64,000 nt of DNA from Gammaproteobacteria bacterium (GTDB lineage Bacteria > Pseudomonadota > Gammaproteobacteria > G965277405), in assembly GCA_965277405.1 (NCBI GenBank), contig OZ255726.1, positions 2,080,001 through 2,144,000 on the forward strand, in the 5' to 3' direction. A model generated the notes under the pieces. It was not told the DNA's origin, did no database searches, and worked only from the letters and a program-made list of their open reading frames with translations. A program made the translations under genes and the position numbers. Each line of letters begins with the position of its first letter. Within the stretch, counting starts at the first letter, position 1. Below are positions 10,383-20,220 of this stretch, one piece after another.

Positions 10383-10984
10383 TGGATAGTTCTAGCATAG
10401 ACATGTGTTGCGGTTTTCAAAACCCTGTTATCGACGCAACTATGTGCTTTCGCCTTATTTTAACAGCTATATCACACCCTGCACAACCAGTAGCGTTTCC
10501 TGCCAAGCTGCCAAGCTGCGATGTATTGAACGGCGCAGCTGTAGCCATCGTATTAACCTTGGGAGATGTCGATACCAACATTTATCTAGCCCCAGAATGT
10601 GACACTGCTGCTACGAGAGAATATCTAAAATTCCACACAGGATGCGCGATTACCGATACCCCATGCGCTGCAACATTCGCCGTGCTGACAGCGAAATCGA
10701 ATGTAGATATCCTCGATACGCTGCCACATGGCACAGACGAACATCCAGACCGTTCAGCTACAATAATTCTGCTGTGTGACGACATAACAAATGCTGCAGG
10801 GCATATTGTTAGCGGACCTGGAATTCAGGGTAAAAAGCACTTCAACGTCGCCAGGTTGCCTGAATTATTTTGGGATAAAATATTCATGAACCATACTTGT
10901 TTCCCGCGTGGGCTAGATTTTATTTTTGCAAGTTCTAGGCATATCGCAGCGCTTCCTAGAACCAGCAGATTGGAGCGTAGCTGA
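10382..10984 (+). CDS. phnH: C-P lyase subunit PhnH
   Basis: FHTG, GTDEHPDRSAT, GPGI, FPRGLD, LPRTS; operon position. Confidence 0.93.
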   Translation: MDSSSIDMCCGFQNPVIDATMCFRLILTAISHPAQPVAFPAKLPSCDVLNGAAVAIVLTLGDVDTNIYLAPECDTAATREYLKFHTGCAITDTPCAATFAVLTAKSNVDILDTLPHGTDEHPDRSATIILLCDDITNAAGHIVSGPGIQGKKHFNVARLPELFWDKIFMNHTCFPRGLDFIFASSRHIAALPRTSRLERS

Positions 10985-12084
10985 TGTATGTAGCAGTGAA
11001 GGGTGGCGAGAAAGCCATCGATAACGCCCATCACTATTTGGCGGCAGAAAGGCGGGGCGATACATCCGTGTTAGAGTTGACAATTGAGCAAATTAAACAA
11101 CAGATGAGCCGCGCAGTTAGCCGGGTTATGGCTGAAGGGTCATTGTTCGATGGTGATTTGGCAGCGCTTGCTATCAAACAATCGTGCGGGGATTTAATCG
11201 AGGCTATATTTCTAATTCGCGCATATCGCACCACCTTGCCACGGTTTGTGTATTCGAAAGCTATCAAAACTAGCGAGATGTTATTGGATCGTCGGATTTC
11301 AGCAACCTTTAAAGACTTGCCAGGCGGGCAAATCTTAGGGCCTACTTTTGATTACACCCATCGACTTATAAATTTTAGCTTAGCTGCGGATGGCGTGGAT
11401 GTTGCTGCTGCAGCAGAAGCCGACCTGCCGTTGGATAATGAAATGCCGCGAGTTTTAGAATTGCTAAACAGTGAAGGTCTAATCGAAGCTGCGATGACAG
11501 CTGGTGTTGATGACGCCGGTCCAGTTGGCGATTTAACGAGAGAGCCGCTGCAATTCCCTGCTGACCGCGATTTAAGGCTACAAAACTTGGCACGCGGCGA
11601 CGAGGGCTTCATGTTGGCGCTCGCGTATTCAACACAACGCGGTTATGCCAGAAATCATGCCTTTGTCGGTGAGATACGGCTAGGTGATGTCGCTGTTGAA
11701 ATCGAGCCTGAGGAATTAGGGTTCTCCATAGATATCGGCGATATAACTATCACCGAATGTGAAACCGTCAATCAGTTCATTGGCAGCAAAGCAATACCCC
11801 CGCAATTCACCCGTGGATACGGGCTGACTTTTGGGCATAACGAACGAAAAACAATCGCGATGGCGTTAGTGGATAGAGCGCTGCGCTGCAAAGAATTTGG
11901 TGAAGAACAGGTTGCAGCCGTACAAGACGATGAATTCGTGTTATCTCACAGTGATAACATTCAATCCACTGGATTTGTTGAACATATAAAACTTCCTCAT
12001 TACGTAGATTTTCAATCCGAGTTGGAGCTTATTCGCAAGCTACGTAATAAAATTTCAGAACAGCAATCCCACGCGGCAGAATGA
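10984..12084 (+). CDS. phnI: C-P lyase subunit PhnI
   Basis: MYVAVKGGEKAI, RAYRTTLPR, GPTFDYTHRL, HIKLPHYVDFQ. Confidence 0.97.
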   Translation: MYVAVKGGEKAIDNAHHYLAAERRGDTSVLELTIEQIKQQMSRAVSRVMAEGSLFDGDLAALAIKQSCGDLIEAIFLIRAYRTTLPRFVYSKAIKTSEMLLDRRISATFKDLPGGQILGPTFDYTHRLINFSLAADGVDVAAAAEADLPLDNEMPRVLELLNSEGLIEAAMTAGVDDAGPVGDLTREPLQFPADRDLRLQNLARGDEGFMLALAYSTQRGYARNHAFVGEIRLGDVAVEIEPEELGFSIDIGDITITECETVNQFIGSKAIPPQFTRGYGLTFGHNERKTIAMALVDRALRCKEFGEEQVAAVQDDEFVLSHSDNIQSTGFVEHIKLPHYVDFQSELELIRKLRNKISEQQSHAAE

Positions 12085-12094
12085 TTTATAAACT

Positions 12095-12994
12095 ATGAAT
12101 GAAGATCAACATTACAATTTCGCTTATTTGGACGAACAAACAAAACGCATGATCCGCAGGGCAATTTTAAAGGCAATTGCAATCCCCGGTTATCAAGTAC
12201 CTTTCGCCAGCCGTGAAATGCCAATGCCGTATGGCTGGGGGACTGGTGGCATTCAAGTAACAGCTGCTATTATTTGTCCTAACGACTGCCTCAAAGTGAT
12301 CGACCAAGGCTCTGATGACACGACAAATGCCGTTAGCATTCGCAAGTTTATAAAAAAAACTACGAATGTGGAGACAACCTGCGCTACTGAAGAAGCAACC
12401 ATTATTCAAACACGCCACCGCATTCCAGAAACGCCTTTACAGGAAAACCAGATACTGGTGTATCAAGTGCCGATTCCAGAACCCTTACGGTTTTTAGAAC
12501 CGCGCGAAACCGAAACAAAAAAAATGCATGCCCTGGCAGAATACGGCCTGATGCATGTGAAACTGTATGAAGATATTGCCAAACATGGTGCTATCGCGAC
12601 AACTTATGCGTATCCAGTTACCGTGAATGGGCGCTATGTTACCGACCCTTCACCTATCCCAAAATTCGACAACCCTAAAATGAACCAAATGCCAGCTTTA
12701 CAGTTGTTTGGTGCCGGGCGGGAAAAACGCATTTACGCAATTCCGCCTTACACCGATGTGCAAAGTTTAGATTTTGAAGATTATCCGTTTGAGATCCAAA
12801 CATGGGATGAACCATGTGCACTGTGTGGGGTACGAGGCAGTTTTCTTGACGAAGTTGTGCTCAATGATACAGGCGGGCGCATGTTTGTCTGTTCAGATAG
12901 TCATTATTGTCAAACACGTCAAAATAATGGTCACATCGGCAGTATGTCGCCCACCTCTTGTGCCTATATTCAGCAAGTGGTAGCCAATGACTAA
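12095..12994 (+). CDS. phnJ: Radical-SAM C-P lyase PhnJ
   Basis: YNFAYLDEQTKRMIRR, PGYQVPF, CALC..FVCSDSHYC cluster motif. Confidence 0.98.
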   Translation: MNEDQHYNFAYLDEQTKRMIRRAILKAIAIPGYQVPFASREMPMPYGWGTGGIQVTAAIICPNDCLKVIDQGSDDTTNAVSIRKFIKKTTNVETTCATEEATIIQTRHRIPETPLQENQILVYQVPIPEPLRFLEPRETETKKMHALAEYGLMHVKLYEDIAKHGAIATTYAYPVTVNGRYVTDPSPIPKFDNPKMNQMPALQLFGAGREKRIYAIPPYTDVQSLDFEDYPFEIQTWDEPCALCGVRGSFLDEVVLNDTGGRMFVCSDSHYCQTRQNNGHIGSMSPTSCAYIQQVVAND

Positions 12995-13766
12995 TCAAAA
13001 CCAATTGCTAAAAGTTACCAATGTTACGGTTAAATACGGGGACCGTATCGGCTGTACAGGCGTCTGCTTCGATTTGTTCCCCGGTGAAGTTTTAGGTATT
13101 GTTGGAGAATCTGGTTCGGGAAAGTCAACTTTGATGAATGCTGTATCTGGGCAACTCAAGCCATCGGCGGGGTCGGTTGACTATCACACCCGCGACCATG
13201 GTTGGGAAAATATTTTTTTGATCAGTGAGGTTGAACGCAGATTACTGATGCGCACTGATTGGGCGTTTGTGCACCAAAACCCACGGGATGGATTACGGAT
13301 GAATGTTAGTGCGGGCGCCAATATCGGTGAACGCTTAATGGGCATAGGCAAGCGCCACTATGGTAAGATACGTGCGGCAGCTACATCTTGGTTAGATAAA
13401 GTCGAAATCATTGCAGAGCGTTTGGACGATTTGCCATCTACTTTTTCTGGAGGCATGCAACAACGCTTGCAAATAGCGCGTAATTTAGTTTCAGAACCCC
13501 GACTGATTTTTATGGACGAACCAACTGGCGGTTTAGATGTTTCTGTGCAAGCGAAATTATTGGATCTGTTAAGGGGTTTGGTTACCGATTTAGGTTTATC
13601 AGCCATCATCGTTACCCATGATTTAGCCGTAGCAAGGCTGCTTTCACACCGCCTCCTTGTGATGAAAGATGGAAATGTTATAGAAAGTGGTCTCACCGAC
13701 CAAGTGCTCGATGATCCGCAACACGCTTATACCCAGCTTCTCGTTTCTTCTGTTCTCCAAGTTTAG
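12987..13766 (+). CDS. phnK: C-P lyase ATPase PhnK
   Basis: GESGSGKS, VHQNPRDGLR, FSGGMQQRLQIARNL, YTQLLVSS. Confidence 0.96.
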   Translation: MTNQNQLLKVTNVTVKYGDRIGCTGVCFDLFPGEVLGIVGESGSGKSTLMNAVSGQLKPSAGSVDYHTRDHGWENIFLISEVERRLLMRTDWAFVHQNPRDGLRMNVSAGANIGERLMGIGKRHYGKIRAAATSWLDKVEIIAERLDDLPSTFSGGMQQRLQIARNLVSEPRLIFMDEPTGGLDVSVQAKLLDLLRGLVTDLGLSAIIVTHDLAVARLLSHRLLVMKDGNVIESGLTDQVLDDPQHAYTQLLVSSVLQV

Positions 13767-13775
13767 GGAAATAAT

Positions 13776-14480
13776 ATGACCGCAATGCTCAAAGCAGTAA
13801 ATGTCGCAAAAAACTTTACCTTACATGTGCAGCAGAACACCATTATCCCAGTATTCAAAGACATTAACCTAACCATCCAACAAGGCGAGTGTGTCGCCTT
13901 GACGGGGTCTTCTGGTGCTGGAAAAAGCACATTCATGCGTATGGTCTATGCAAATTATGTATGCCAGCAGGGGTCGATTTTTGTCCGCCATCGAGACGAT
14001 TGGGTCGATATGGTGAATGCGTCGGCGCACACGGTTTTAGACGTTCGTAACAAAACGATGGGCTATGTAAGTCAGTTTTTACGGGTCATTCCACGGGTTT
14101 CAACCTTGGACATTGTCGCCGAGCCTTTAAAATCAATCGGTATTGCTAAACAACAAGCAAACGCTACAGCTGCCAACCTATTGAACCAATTAAACATCCC
14201 CAAAAATTTATGGCAGCTTTCCCCGCTCACATTTTCTGGTGGAGAGCAACAACGCGTCAATATTGCGCGAGGTTTTATCGCAGCACATCCAATGTTGCTG
14301 CTCGATGAACCGACAGCATCTTTAGATACTGTTAATCGCGAAATTGTTCTACAGTTAATCAATGACGCCAAGGGGAACGGTACGGCGATACTCGGTATTT
14401 TTCATGATCAACCAGCGCGTGATGCTGTATGCAATCGTGAATTTGATATCTCAAAATTTAGGATCAAAAATCATGGATGA
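13776..14480 (+). CDS. phnL: C-P lyase ATPase PhnL
   Basis: KNFTLH, GYVSQFLRVIPRV, TFSGGEQQRVNIARGF, GIFHD. Confidence 0.96.
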   Translation: MTAMLKAVNVAKNFTLHVQQNTIIPVFKDINLTIQQGECVALTGSSGAGKSTFMRMVYANYVCQQGSIFVRHRDDWVDMVNASAHTVLDVRNKTMGYVSQFLRVIPRVSTLDIVAEPLKSIGIAKQQANATAANLLNQLNIPKNLWQLSPLTFSGGEQQRVNIARGFIAAHPMLLLDEPTASLDTVNREIVLQLINDAKGNGTAILGIFHDQPARDAVCNREFDISKFRIKNHG

Positions 14481-15615
14481 ACAAGTTTATACTAATGCAA
14501 AAATCGTCTTGTCCGACCAAGTTGTATTAGGAAGTTTATGTGTTAAAGACGGCGTAATATCAGATATTTCTGACGGTTCATCCAATATATCCAGCGGCAT
14601 CAATTGTAATGGTGACTATTTAATGCCTGGGTTTGTGGAACTGCATACAGATAATTTAGAAAAACATATGACCCCTCGCCCAAACACCGAATGGCCGCCA
14701 ACATCTGCTGTAATCGCCCATGACAACGAAATAGCTGCAGCCGGAATTACGACTGTTTTGGATGCCATTTCTTTGGGGGACATCAAGCATGGCAGCACAA
14801 GAATTCGCCGCTTAGACGAAATAATCGCAGCTGTCTGCGATGCAGCAGATCACAACTTGTTAAAGTCAGAACACTTGCTCCACCTGCGTTGTGAGGTAAG
14901 TTATGCTAATTTACCTAAAGCATTAAGCGATATTGTGCATAACCCGCGTGTCAAAATGCTATCAGTTATGGACCATACACCTGGGCAAAGACAGTTCGTC
15001 AATTTGGACGCCTACTATATTTTCTATCAAGGAAAATACGGACTTAGCGACGAGCAAATTGATGAGTTCATTCGAACAAGCAAGCGCGATAACAACCAAT
15101 TTGGTAAATTGCATCGGGACATGGTGGTTGCTATTGCCAAAGAAAATAAGATTGCTCTGGCAAGCCATGACGATGCAACCGTAGCGCATGTCAACGAAGC
15201 CAAAGATGATGGCGTGGTCGTTGCCGAGTTTCCAACAACGTTGGCTGCTGCAACTCATTCACATCAAGCAGGGATAAGCGTGATGATGGGCAGCCCCAAT
15301 ATTGTACGCGGCAAATCTCATGCTGGCAATGTATCCGCGCGCGCGTTAGCAGAACACGGGTATTTAGATATTATTGCCAGCGATTATGTCCCCCACAGTT
15401 TATTGCAAGCTGCAATGATTTTGTTTGATGATTTCCCAGAAATCAGCTTACCTGATGCAATCAAAACCATTAGTAAAACACCTGCTAATCGAATTGGCAT
15501 GGACGATCGCGGCGAAATAACACCAGGCAAACGCGCCGACCTTGTGCGGGTGCATCATTCACCGCATCACCCTATTATCCGTGGGGTTTGGTCGGCTGGG
15601 CAGCGCATTGCATAA
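14473..15615 (+). CDS. phnM: Ribose 1-methylphosphonate 5-triphosphate diphosphatase
   Basis: ELHTDNLEKH, HLRCE, MDHTPGQRQF, ASHDD, AEFPT, SDYVP; start trimmed to MDEQ. Confidence 0.96.
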   Translation: MDEQVYTNAKIVLSDQVVLGSLCVKDGVISDISDGSSNISSGINCNGDYLMPGFVELHTDNLEKHMTPRPNTEWPPTSAVIAHDNEIAAAGITTVLDAISLGDIKHGSTRIRRLDEIIAAVCDAADHNLLKSEHLLHLRCEVSYANLPKALSDIVHNPRVKMLSVMDHTPGQRQFVNLDAYYIFYQGKYGLSDEQIDEFIRTSKRDNNQFGKLHRDMVVAIAKENKIALASHDDATVAHVNEAKDDGVVVAEFPTTLAAATHSHQAGISVMMGSPNIVRGKSHAGNVSARALAEHGYLDIIASDYVPHSLLQAAMILFDDFPEISLPDAIKTISKTPANRIGMDDRGEITPGKRADLVRVHHSPHHPIIRGVWSAGQRIA

Positions 15616-16156
15616 ACCTGTTGGTAAATTAGTATTGGTAGTTGGTCCCAGCGGTGTTGGCAAAGATACGCTGATCAATCTCGCAAAAGAGCAACTAGCT
15701 GCCAAGGATGGGTTTCATTTTCCAACCCGCTACATTACCCGCAGTAAGGATGCTGGCGCAGAACAACATATCGCAATATCACCACAACAGTTTTGTGAGC
15801 TTAAAGCCCGCAATGAATTTATTTTATGCTGGGCTGCTCATGGTCTAAACTATGGTATTGCGAAGACCATAGACCAACATTTGGCAGCTGGTGAAACTGT
15901 GGTGGTCAATGTTTCTAGATCAGTGATTGAAGATGCTCAAAAGATTTTTGCGAATGTCAAGATTATTCATATTACGGCATCCAAAGCAACGTTGCTGCAA
16001 CGCTTGCAGTTGCGTGGTCGGGAAGCACCAGACTCCATTCTTACAAGGCTAAATCGGCTAGCAAACTATGATGTCTCAGGTAAAAATGTGCAAACAATTT
16101 ACAATGACGGATTATTAACGCATTGCTACGAAAAATTCGTAGGCGCGCTGTATTAA
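15608..16156 (+). CDS. phnN: Ribose 1,5-bisphosphokinase
   Basis: VVGPSGVGKDT, RYITR, WAAHGLNYGI, NVSR, RGRE; TTG start inferred. Confidence 0.93.
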   Translation: MHKPVGKLVLVVGPSGVGKDTLINLAKEQLAAKDGFHFPTRYITRSKDAGAEQHIAISPQQFCELKARNEFILCWAAHGLNYGIAKTIDQHLAAGETVVVNVSRSVIEDAQKIFANVKIIHITASKATLLQRLQLRGREAPDSILTRLNRLANYDVSGKNVQTIYNDGLLTHCYEKFVGALY

Positions 16157-16857
16157 CCGGTCAAAGCAATCCGCTTTAACAGCTGAAAATTCCTTCCTTG
16201 CCCTGGGTCCCCAAACACTGCAATAGTATCAATGGCAATTGGTTTAGTGATCATGGGGTTAAGTATTGGGCGGAGCAAATCGGCTAGCTGGTCGCATTGG
16301 TCCTTGCCAATAGCATTTGTCAGCGTTAGGTGGAAGCGAAACTCATCGAGCACAAATGGATACCCCCAGCGCACCAGCAGTGCGTCTTGGCGAGAAGTCA
16401 GCCCGTTCTGCCGTCTTGCAGCAAGGTTATTTTGCGTAAGTGGCATTCTATATTGATCTAAACCCTGCACACAAGCTGCGGCTAAATCGCTAAGCTCGAT
16501 CGATGTATCGGTTGGGGTTAGAGCCAAAAACTTGCCAATTGTTGTTAAACTAAAACCTCGGCTGAGATAACAGGGCGCGTGGTTGGCGGCTAGCTGTGCT
16601 GCCGCCTTAATAAAATTATTTTTGCTGTAACCCCAAGCCAACTCAAATGGGGGTTTGAGTGTACCATGAAACCCATAGCGTTTAGGTATACTGGTAATTT
16701 TCACAATTTCTTTCATTGCAAGACCAGCTATTGTTGGCCTTGAAATATCATATCCATGCACAGGGTCATGCCCTAGCCAGGCATTGCCGAATTCCCCTAG
16801 GGCATGTTCGCTGTTTGGGGCAAAGTAGATGGCGTAACGAAAAAAATCTTTCATCAA
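16153..16857 (-). CDS. DUF1045-type phosphonate-associated 2H phosphoesterase
   Basis: [34 protein letters not shown] (two HxT motifs). Confidence 0.88.
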   Translation of the reverse strand: MMKDFFRYAIYFAPNSEHALGEFGNAWLGHDPVHGYDISRPTIAGLAMKEIVKITSIPKRYGFHGTLKPPFELAWGYSKNNFIKAAAQLAANHAPCYLSRGFSLTTIGKFLALTPTDTSIELSDLAAACVQGLDQYRMPLTQNNLAARRQNGLTSRQDALLVRWGYPFVLDEFRFHLTLTNAIGKDQCDQLADLLRPILNPMITKPIAIDTIAVFGDPGQGRNFQLLKRIALTG

Positions 16858-17660
16858 GTAACCAGTTTCCGCAACCGTTGCGATAACATATCCAACAAGC
16901 TAACCGACACAATAATCAGCACAATCACCGCAGCAGTTTCTGCATAGTAAAAACCCCGAACATTTTCCCACAGCACCATACCTATGCCGCCAGCACCAAC
17001 AATTCCTAATACTGTTGCCGAACGCACGTTCGATTCAAAACGATACAAGCTGTAAGAAATCCAGAGAGGAAGCACCTGTGGTATCACCCCATATATGATT
17101 TCGTGGAGCGCATTTGCACCTGTTGCCCTAATCCCTTCTACAGGCATTGGATCAATAGCTTCTACTGCTTCTGAAAACAACTTCGCCAAAATACCAGTAG
17201 TATGTACCCACAACGCCAATACCCCAGCAAAAGGACCCAAACCAACAGCAACGACGAACAGCATGGCAAAGACCATTTCATTGATCGCCCGCGCGCAGTC
17301 CATTAAACGCCTCGTTGGTTGGCATATCCACCAAGGTACAATATTTTCAGAAGACATTATTCCAAAAGGGATCGATAAAACTATAGCAAGAAAAGTGCCC
17401 CAAATTGCTATTTGCATGGTGATCCATATTTCACTGACATACATTTTCCATTCCGTGAAATCAGGTGGAAAAAAACCAGCAGCATATTGCACAATATTGT
17501 CAGCATCACGGATTAAATCCATTGGGCGCATATCAGAGCCTTCCCATGATAAGGCGAGCAAGGCAAACAATATGCCCCATCCTACTATGTTAGTTGCGGT
17601 TCGTTTTAAATTTTTCTTAGGCACTTGAATATCTAAAAGTTTTGATGTGGCAATTGTCAT
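16854..17660 (-). CDS. phnE: Phosphonate ABC permease
   Basis: [44 protein letters not shown]. Confidence 0.95.
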   Translation of the reverse strand: MTIATSKLLDIQVPKKNLKRTATNIVGWGILFALLALSWEGSDMRPMDLIRDADNIVQYAAGFFPPDFTEWKMYVSEIWITMQIAIWGTFLAIVLSIPFGIMSSENIVPWWICQPTRRLMDCARAINEMVFAMLFVVAVGLGPFAGVLALWVHTTGILAKLFSEAVEAIDPMPVEGIRATGANALHEIIYGVIPQVLPLWISYSLYRFESNVRSATVLGIVGAGGIGMVLWENVRGFYYAETAAVIVLIIVSVSLLDMLSQRLRKLVT

Positions 17661-17681
17661 TTCATAGACCTCGATAGTTAT

Positions 17682-17969
17682 GGAAGCTCTGCTTAATTCG
17701 TTGATGGAGCGAGTTTACCTGCAATTGTCGATGGTTGCCAGGCGCATGCCGTAGCATATACTCCAATGGATGCAACTCAGCAAATACCTCAAAGCGCAAG
17801 TATATTGCAGAGTATATTGCAGAGTATATTGCAGAAAGCGACTGAAACACGCAGCGCTAAGTCGTTGCTGCACCTGATAATTCCAGCCAGTGTTAGCTGC
17901 GCATTTCTCTAATTTATATTCATTGTTGTTGCTTGCTGTTGCCCACCATGGGTCTTAATCAGATGTTGC
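17682..17969 (-). mobile_element. Diverged, inverted MITE copy between phnD and phnE
   Basis: Ends GGAAGCTCTGCTTAAT and CTTAATCAGATGTTGC. The interior matches the rc of the 3227 copy (GCGCATGCCGTAGCATATAC) and carries AGTATATTGCAG x3 at 17799-17834. Confidence 0.8.
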
Positions 17970-17980
17970 CAATACAAGCA

Positions 17981-18010
17981 AAAAGAGCGTCACTCGACAG
18001 TGACGCTCTT
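17981..18010 (-). terminator. Intrinsic terminator or mRNA-stabilising hairpin after phnD
   Basis: AAGAGCGTCACT-CGAC-AGTGACGCTCTT perfect stem, ending in a T run on the minus strand. Confidence 0.8.
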
Positions 18011-18024
18011 GCCGTCGATAAAAT

Positions 18025-19038
18025 TTATTGATGCGCTACAAGAACATCTAAATCAGCTAATTGTTTATCAATGGCAGCAATTTTTTTTGCTTTAGCAGTA
18101 GCCGACGCGCCTGTGCTATTTTCAATTTTCATTTTGTTCTTGAACAAAGCCAACTGACGGATTGGATACAACTGGGTATTATTACTCTCCATAAAGAAGC
18201 CGTAGCCATCGCTAATATTTGCTAATACTGCTTTGGCTTTTTCCACATTACCATAACGACCATAGGACAAGAAGAAGCCTTTGATACGCGATTTAAGTTC
18301 TTTTGACATGTCTTTACGATAAACTACAGGGTCTGATGGGATTAACGGCGATGTCCAAATTATTTTGATTTTTTTAGCTGCGGCTGGTGCTCTCAATTTA
18401 GAACGGGCAACTTGCTCTGAATTGTTCGCCGCGACGTCCACCTGTTTGTTGGCTGTCGCCATTAGGTTTGTTTCGTGATTAGCATTGCGGACAGTTTTAA
18501 AACATTTTTTAGGATTAATGCCATTTTGTGCAAACACATAATATGACGGCACTAGGAACCCAGAAGTTGAATTTGGGTCACCAATACCAAAATCCAAAGA
18601 TTTGTCACATTTAAAGATATCTTGCAGGCTATTTATTTCTGTATTATCAACATGCGTGATGATATGAGAATAGTAGCCTTGCGAGCCATCAGCTTTTGAA
18701 GTTTGCACAAACACTTCACCACCAGAGCGATCAACGGCTTCCATGCCAGATTTATTACCATACCAGGCAATATGCACCTTACCGAAACGCATCGCTTCGA
18801 TTACGCCGGCGTAATCAGGGGCGAAGAAAGGATTAACTTTGATTCCTATTGCTTCTTCCATGTCTTGCATAAAAGGAAGCCATTGTTCCTTTAAGCCAGC
18901 TGAAGATTCGGTAGCAATGATGCCGAAGTTAATCTCCTTTGGGTCTTCTGCTAGAGGTTTAAAGTTAGATGCTGTAGCTATTGTAGTCGCCAATACAGTG
19001 ACAGCTAACACAGTCGTCAATAAAAGATTTCGTAACAT
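18025..19038 (-). CDS. phnD: Phosphonate ABC substrate-binding protein
   Basis: Signal peptide, FAPDYAGVIEAMRF, WYGNKS, GDPNSTSGFLVP, NHE, SPLIPSDP. Confidence 0.96.
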   Translation of the reverse strand: MLRNLLLTTVLAVTVLATTIATASNFKPLAEDPKEINFGIIATESSAGLKEQWLPFMQDMEEAIGIKVNPFFAPDYAGVIEAMRFGKVHIAWYGNKSGMEAVDRSGGEVFVQTSKADGSQGYYSHIITHVDNTEINSLQDIFKCDKSLDFGIGDPNSTSGFLVPSYYVFAQNGINPKKCFKTVRNANHETNLMATANKQVDVAANNSEQVARSKLRAPAAAKKIKIIWTSPLIPSDPVVYRKDMSKELKSRIKGFFLSYGRYGNVEKAKAVLANISDGYGFFMESNNTQLYPIRQLALFKNKMKIENSTGASATAKAKKIAAIDKQLADLDVLVAHQ

Positions 19039-19069
19039 GTTCATATACTCCAATATTTAGATTTAAAAA

Positions 19070-19996
19070 TTAGGCTGACCCAATTGCTTGAGCCGATTCT
19101 GTATGTATATTCACTCCCAAATTGGGAATGATTTCGTTTAGTTGTTGAGGTTGTTGTTGTTGGAGGAATTGTTGTTGTTGTTGGAGGAGGGATTGTTGTT
19201 GTTGGAGGGGTTGTTGTTTAGACATTGGCATGAGTTCAATGCTGTCATCGCCGTATAACTCACGCAAAAAAGCTGGCGTTAGTTGCTGGCTGGCACCATC
19301 AAACACAATTTGACCATCTCGCATCGCAATAGTACGCTGGCAATATTTTTTCGCATACGACACTTGATGGAGAGACACTAAAATAGTCGTCCCATTTTGT
19401 TGATTTATGCTATTTAAATTATCCATTACTTTTTTTGCAGAAGCGGGGTCCAAAGAAGCGACCGGCTCGTCTGCCAAAATCACCTTTGCGCCTTGCACAA
19501 TCGTGCGCGCAATGGCTGCGCGTTGTTGTTGCCCACCAGACAAGCTAGATGACCGTCGCGCCGCAAAATCACCCATCCCGACCCGTGCTAACGCTTGCAT
19601 TGCGCTTTGTTTTTCTCGTTTTGTGAAAATGCCACAAATCGTGCGCAGACTTGGCGCCTGTCCTAACACTCCCATGAGGACATTTGTCAAAACAGACAGT
19701 CTCGCTACCAAGTTAAACTGTTGAAAGACGACACCGATATCGCTGCGTGAGTTTCTAGCCCCTTTTGAAATTTTTCCATTCTCTTGAATGGCTTTCCCAA
19801 AAACTTCAATGCAACCAGGCTTGTTATCGGCGCATACTAACCCTGCGATGTGGCGGATCAGCGTCGACTTGCCAGAGCCAGACGCCCCGATCAACGCAAC
19901 CATCTCCCCCTGTGATACCCGAAAAGATACATCTTTAAGAGCTTGCGTCCCATCATTAAATGCTTTGCTCAAATTAGTTACTGAAATTGCTTGCAT
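19070..19996 (-). CDS. phnC: Phosphonate ABC ATPase with Gln-rich C-terminal extension
   Basis: GASGSGKSTL, FQQFNLV, LSGGQQQR, ADEPVASLDP, SLHQV; GGAG RBS before MQAIS. Confidence 0.95.
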   Translation of the reverse strand: MQAISVTNLSKAFNDGTQALKDVSFRVSQGEMVALIGASGSGKSTLIRHIAGLVCADNKPGCIEVFGKAIQENGKISKGARNSRSDIGVVFQQFNLVARLSVLTNVLMGVLGQAPSLRTICGIFTKREKQSAMQALARVGMGDFAARRSSSLSGGQQQRAAIARTIVQGAKVILADEPVASLDPASAKKVMDNLNSINQQNGTTILVSLHQVSYAKKYCQRTIAMRDGQIVFDGASQQLTPAFLRELYGDDSIELMPMSKQQPLQQQQSLLQQQQQFLQQQQPQQLNEIIPNLGVNIHTESAQAIGSA

Positions 19997-20049
19997 AGTG
20001 TTCTCCATAACATCATTTGTTTTGATGCGGGTAGGATAGCCAGCTAGAG

Positions 20050-20077
20050 TTTCAGTTTTTATGAAGTATTTATGATG
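20050..20077 (-). promoter_or_regulatory. Pho-box-like repeat upstream of phnC
   Basis: Minus strand CATCAT-AAATA-CTTCAT-AAAAA-CTGAAA (11-bp period), followed by TATCCT. Confidence 0.6.
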
Positions 20078-20220
20078 ATATAGTGGCTGCAAGGCAATGG
20101 CTGCCAGATGAAGTGGGTAAATAGCAGCAGTAACAACCGCAGCGAGAGCTACCTTTAAAAATTTTAGGAGTGCAATATTATTCTTGTATGGAGGTTTAGA
20201 CCTGTAGCCACACAAATAAT

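Noticed and set aside
17799-17834. CRISPR-like array (also considered 32633-32691 and 19130-19222)
   Set aside because: Short tandem repeats without unique spacers; no cas genes.
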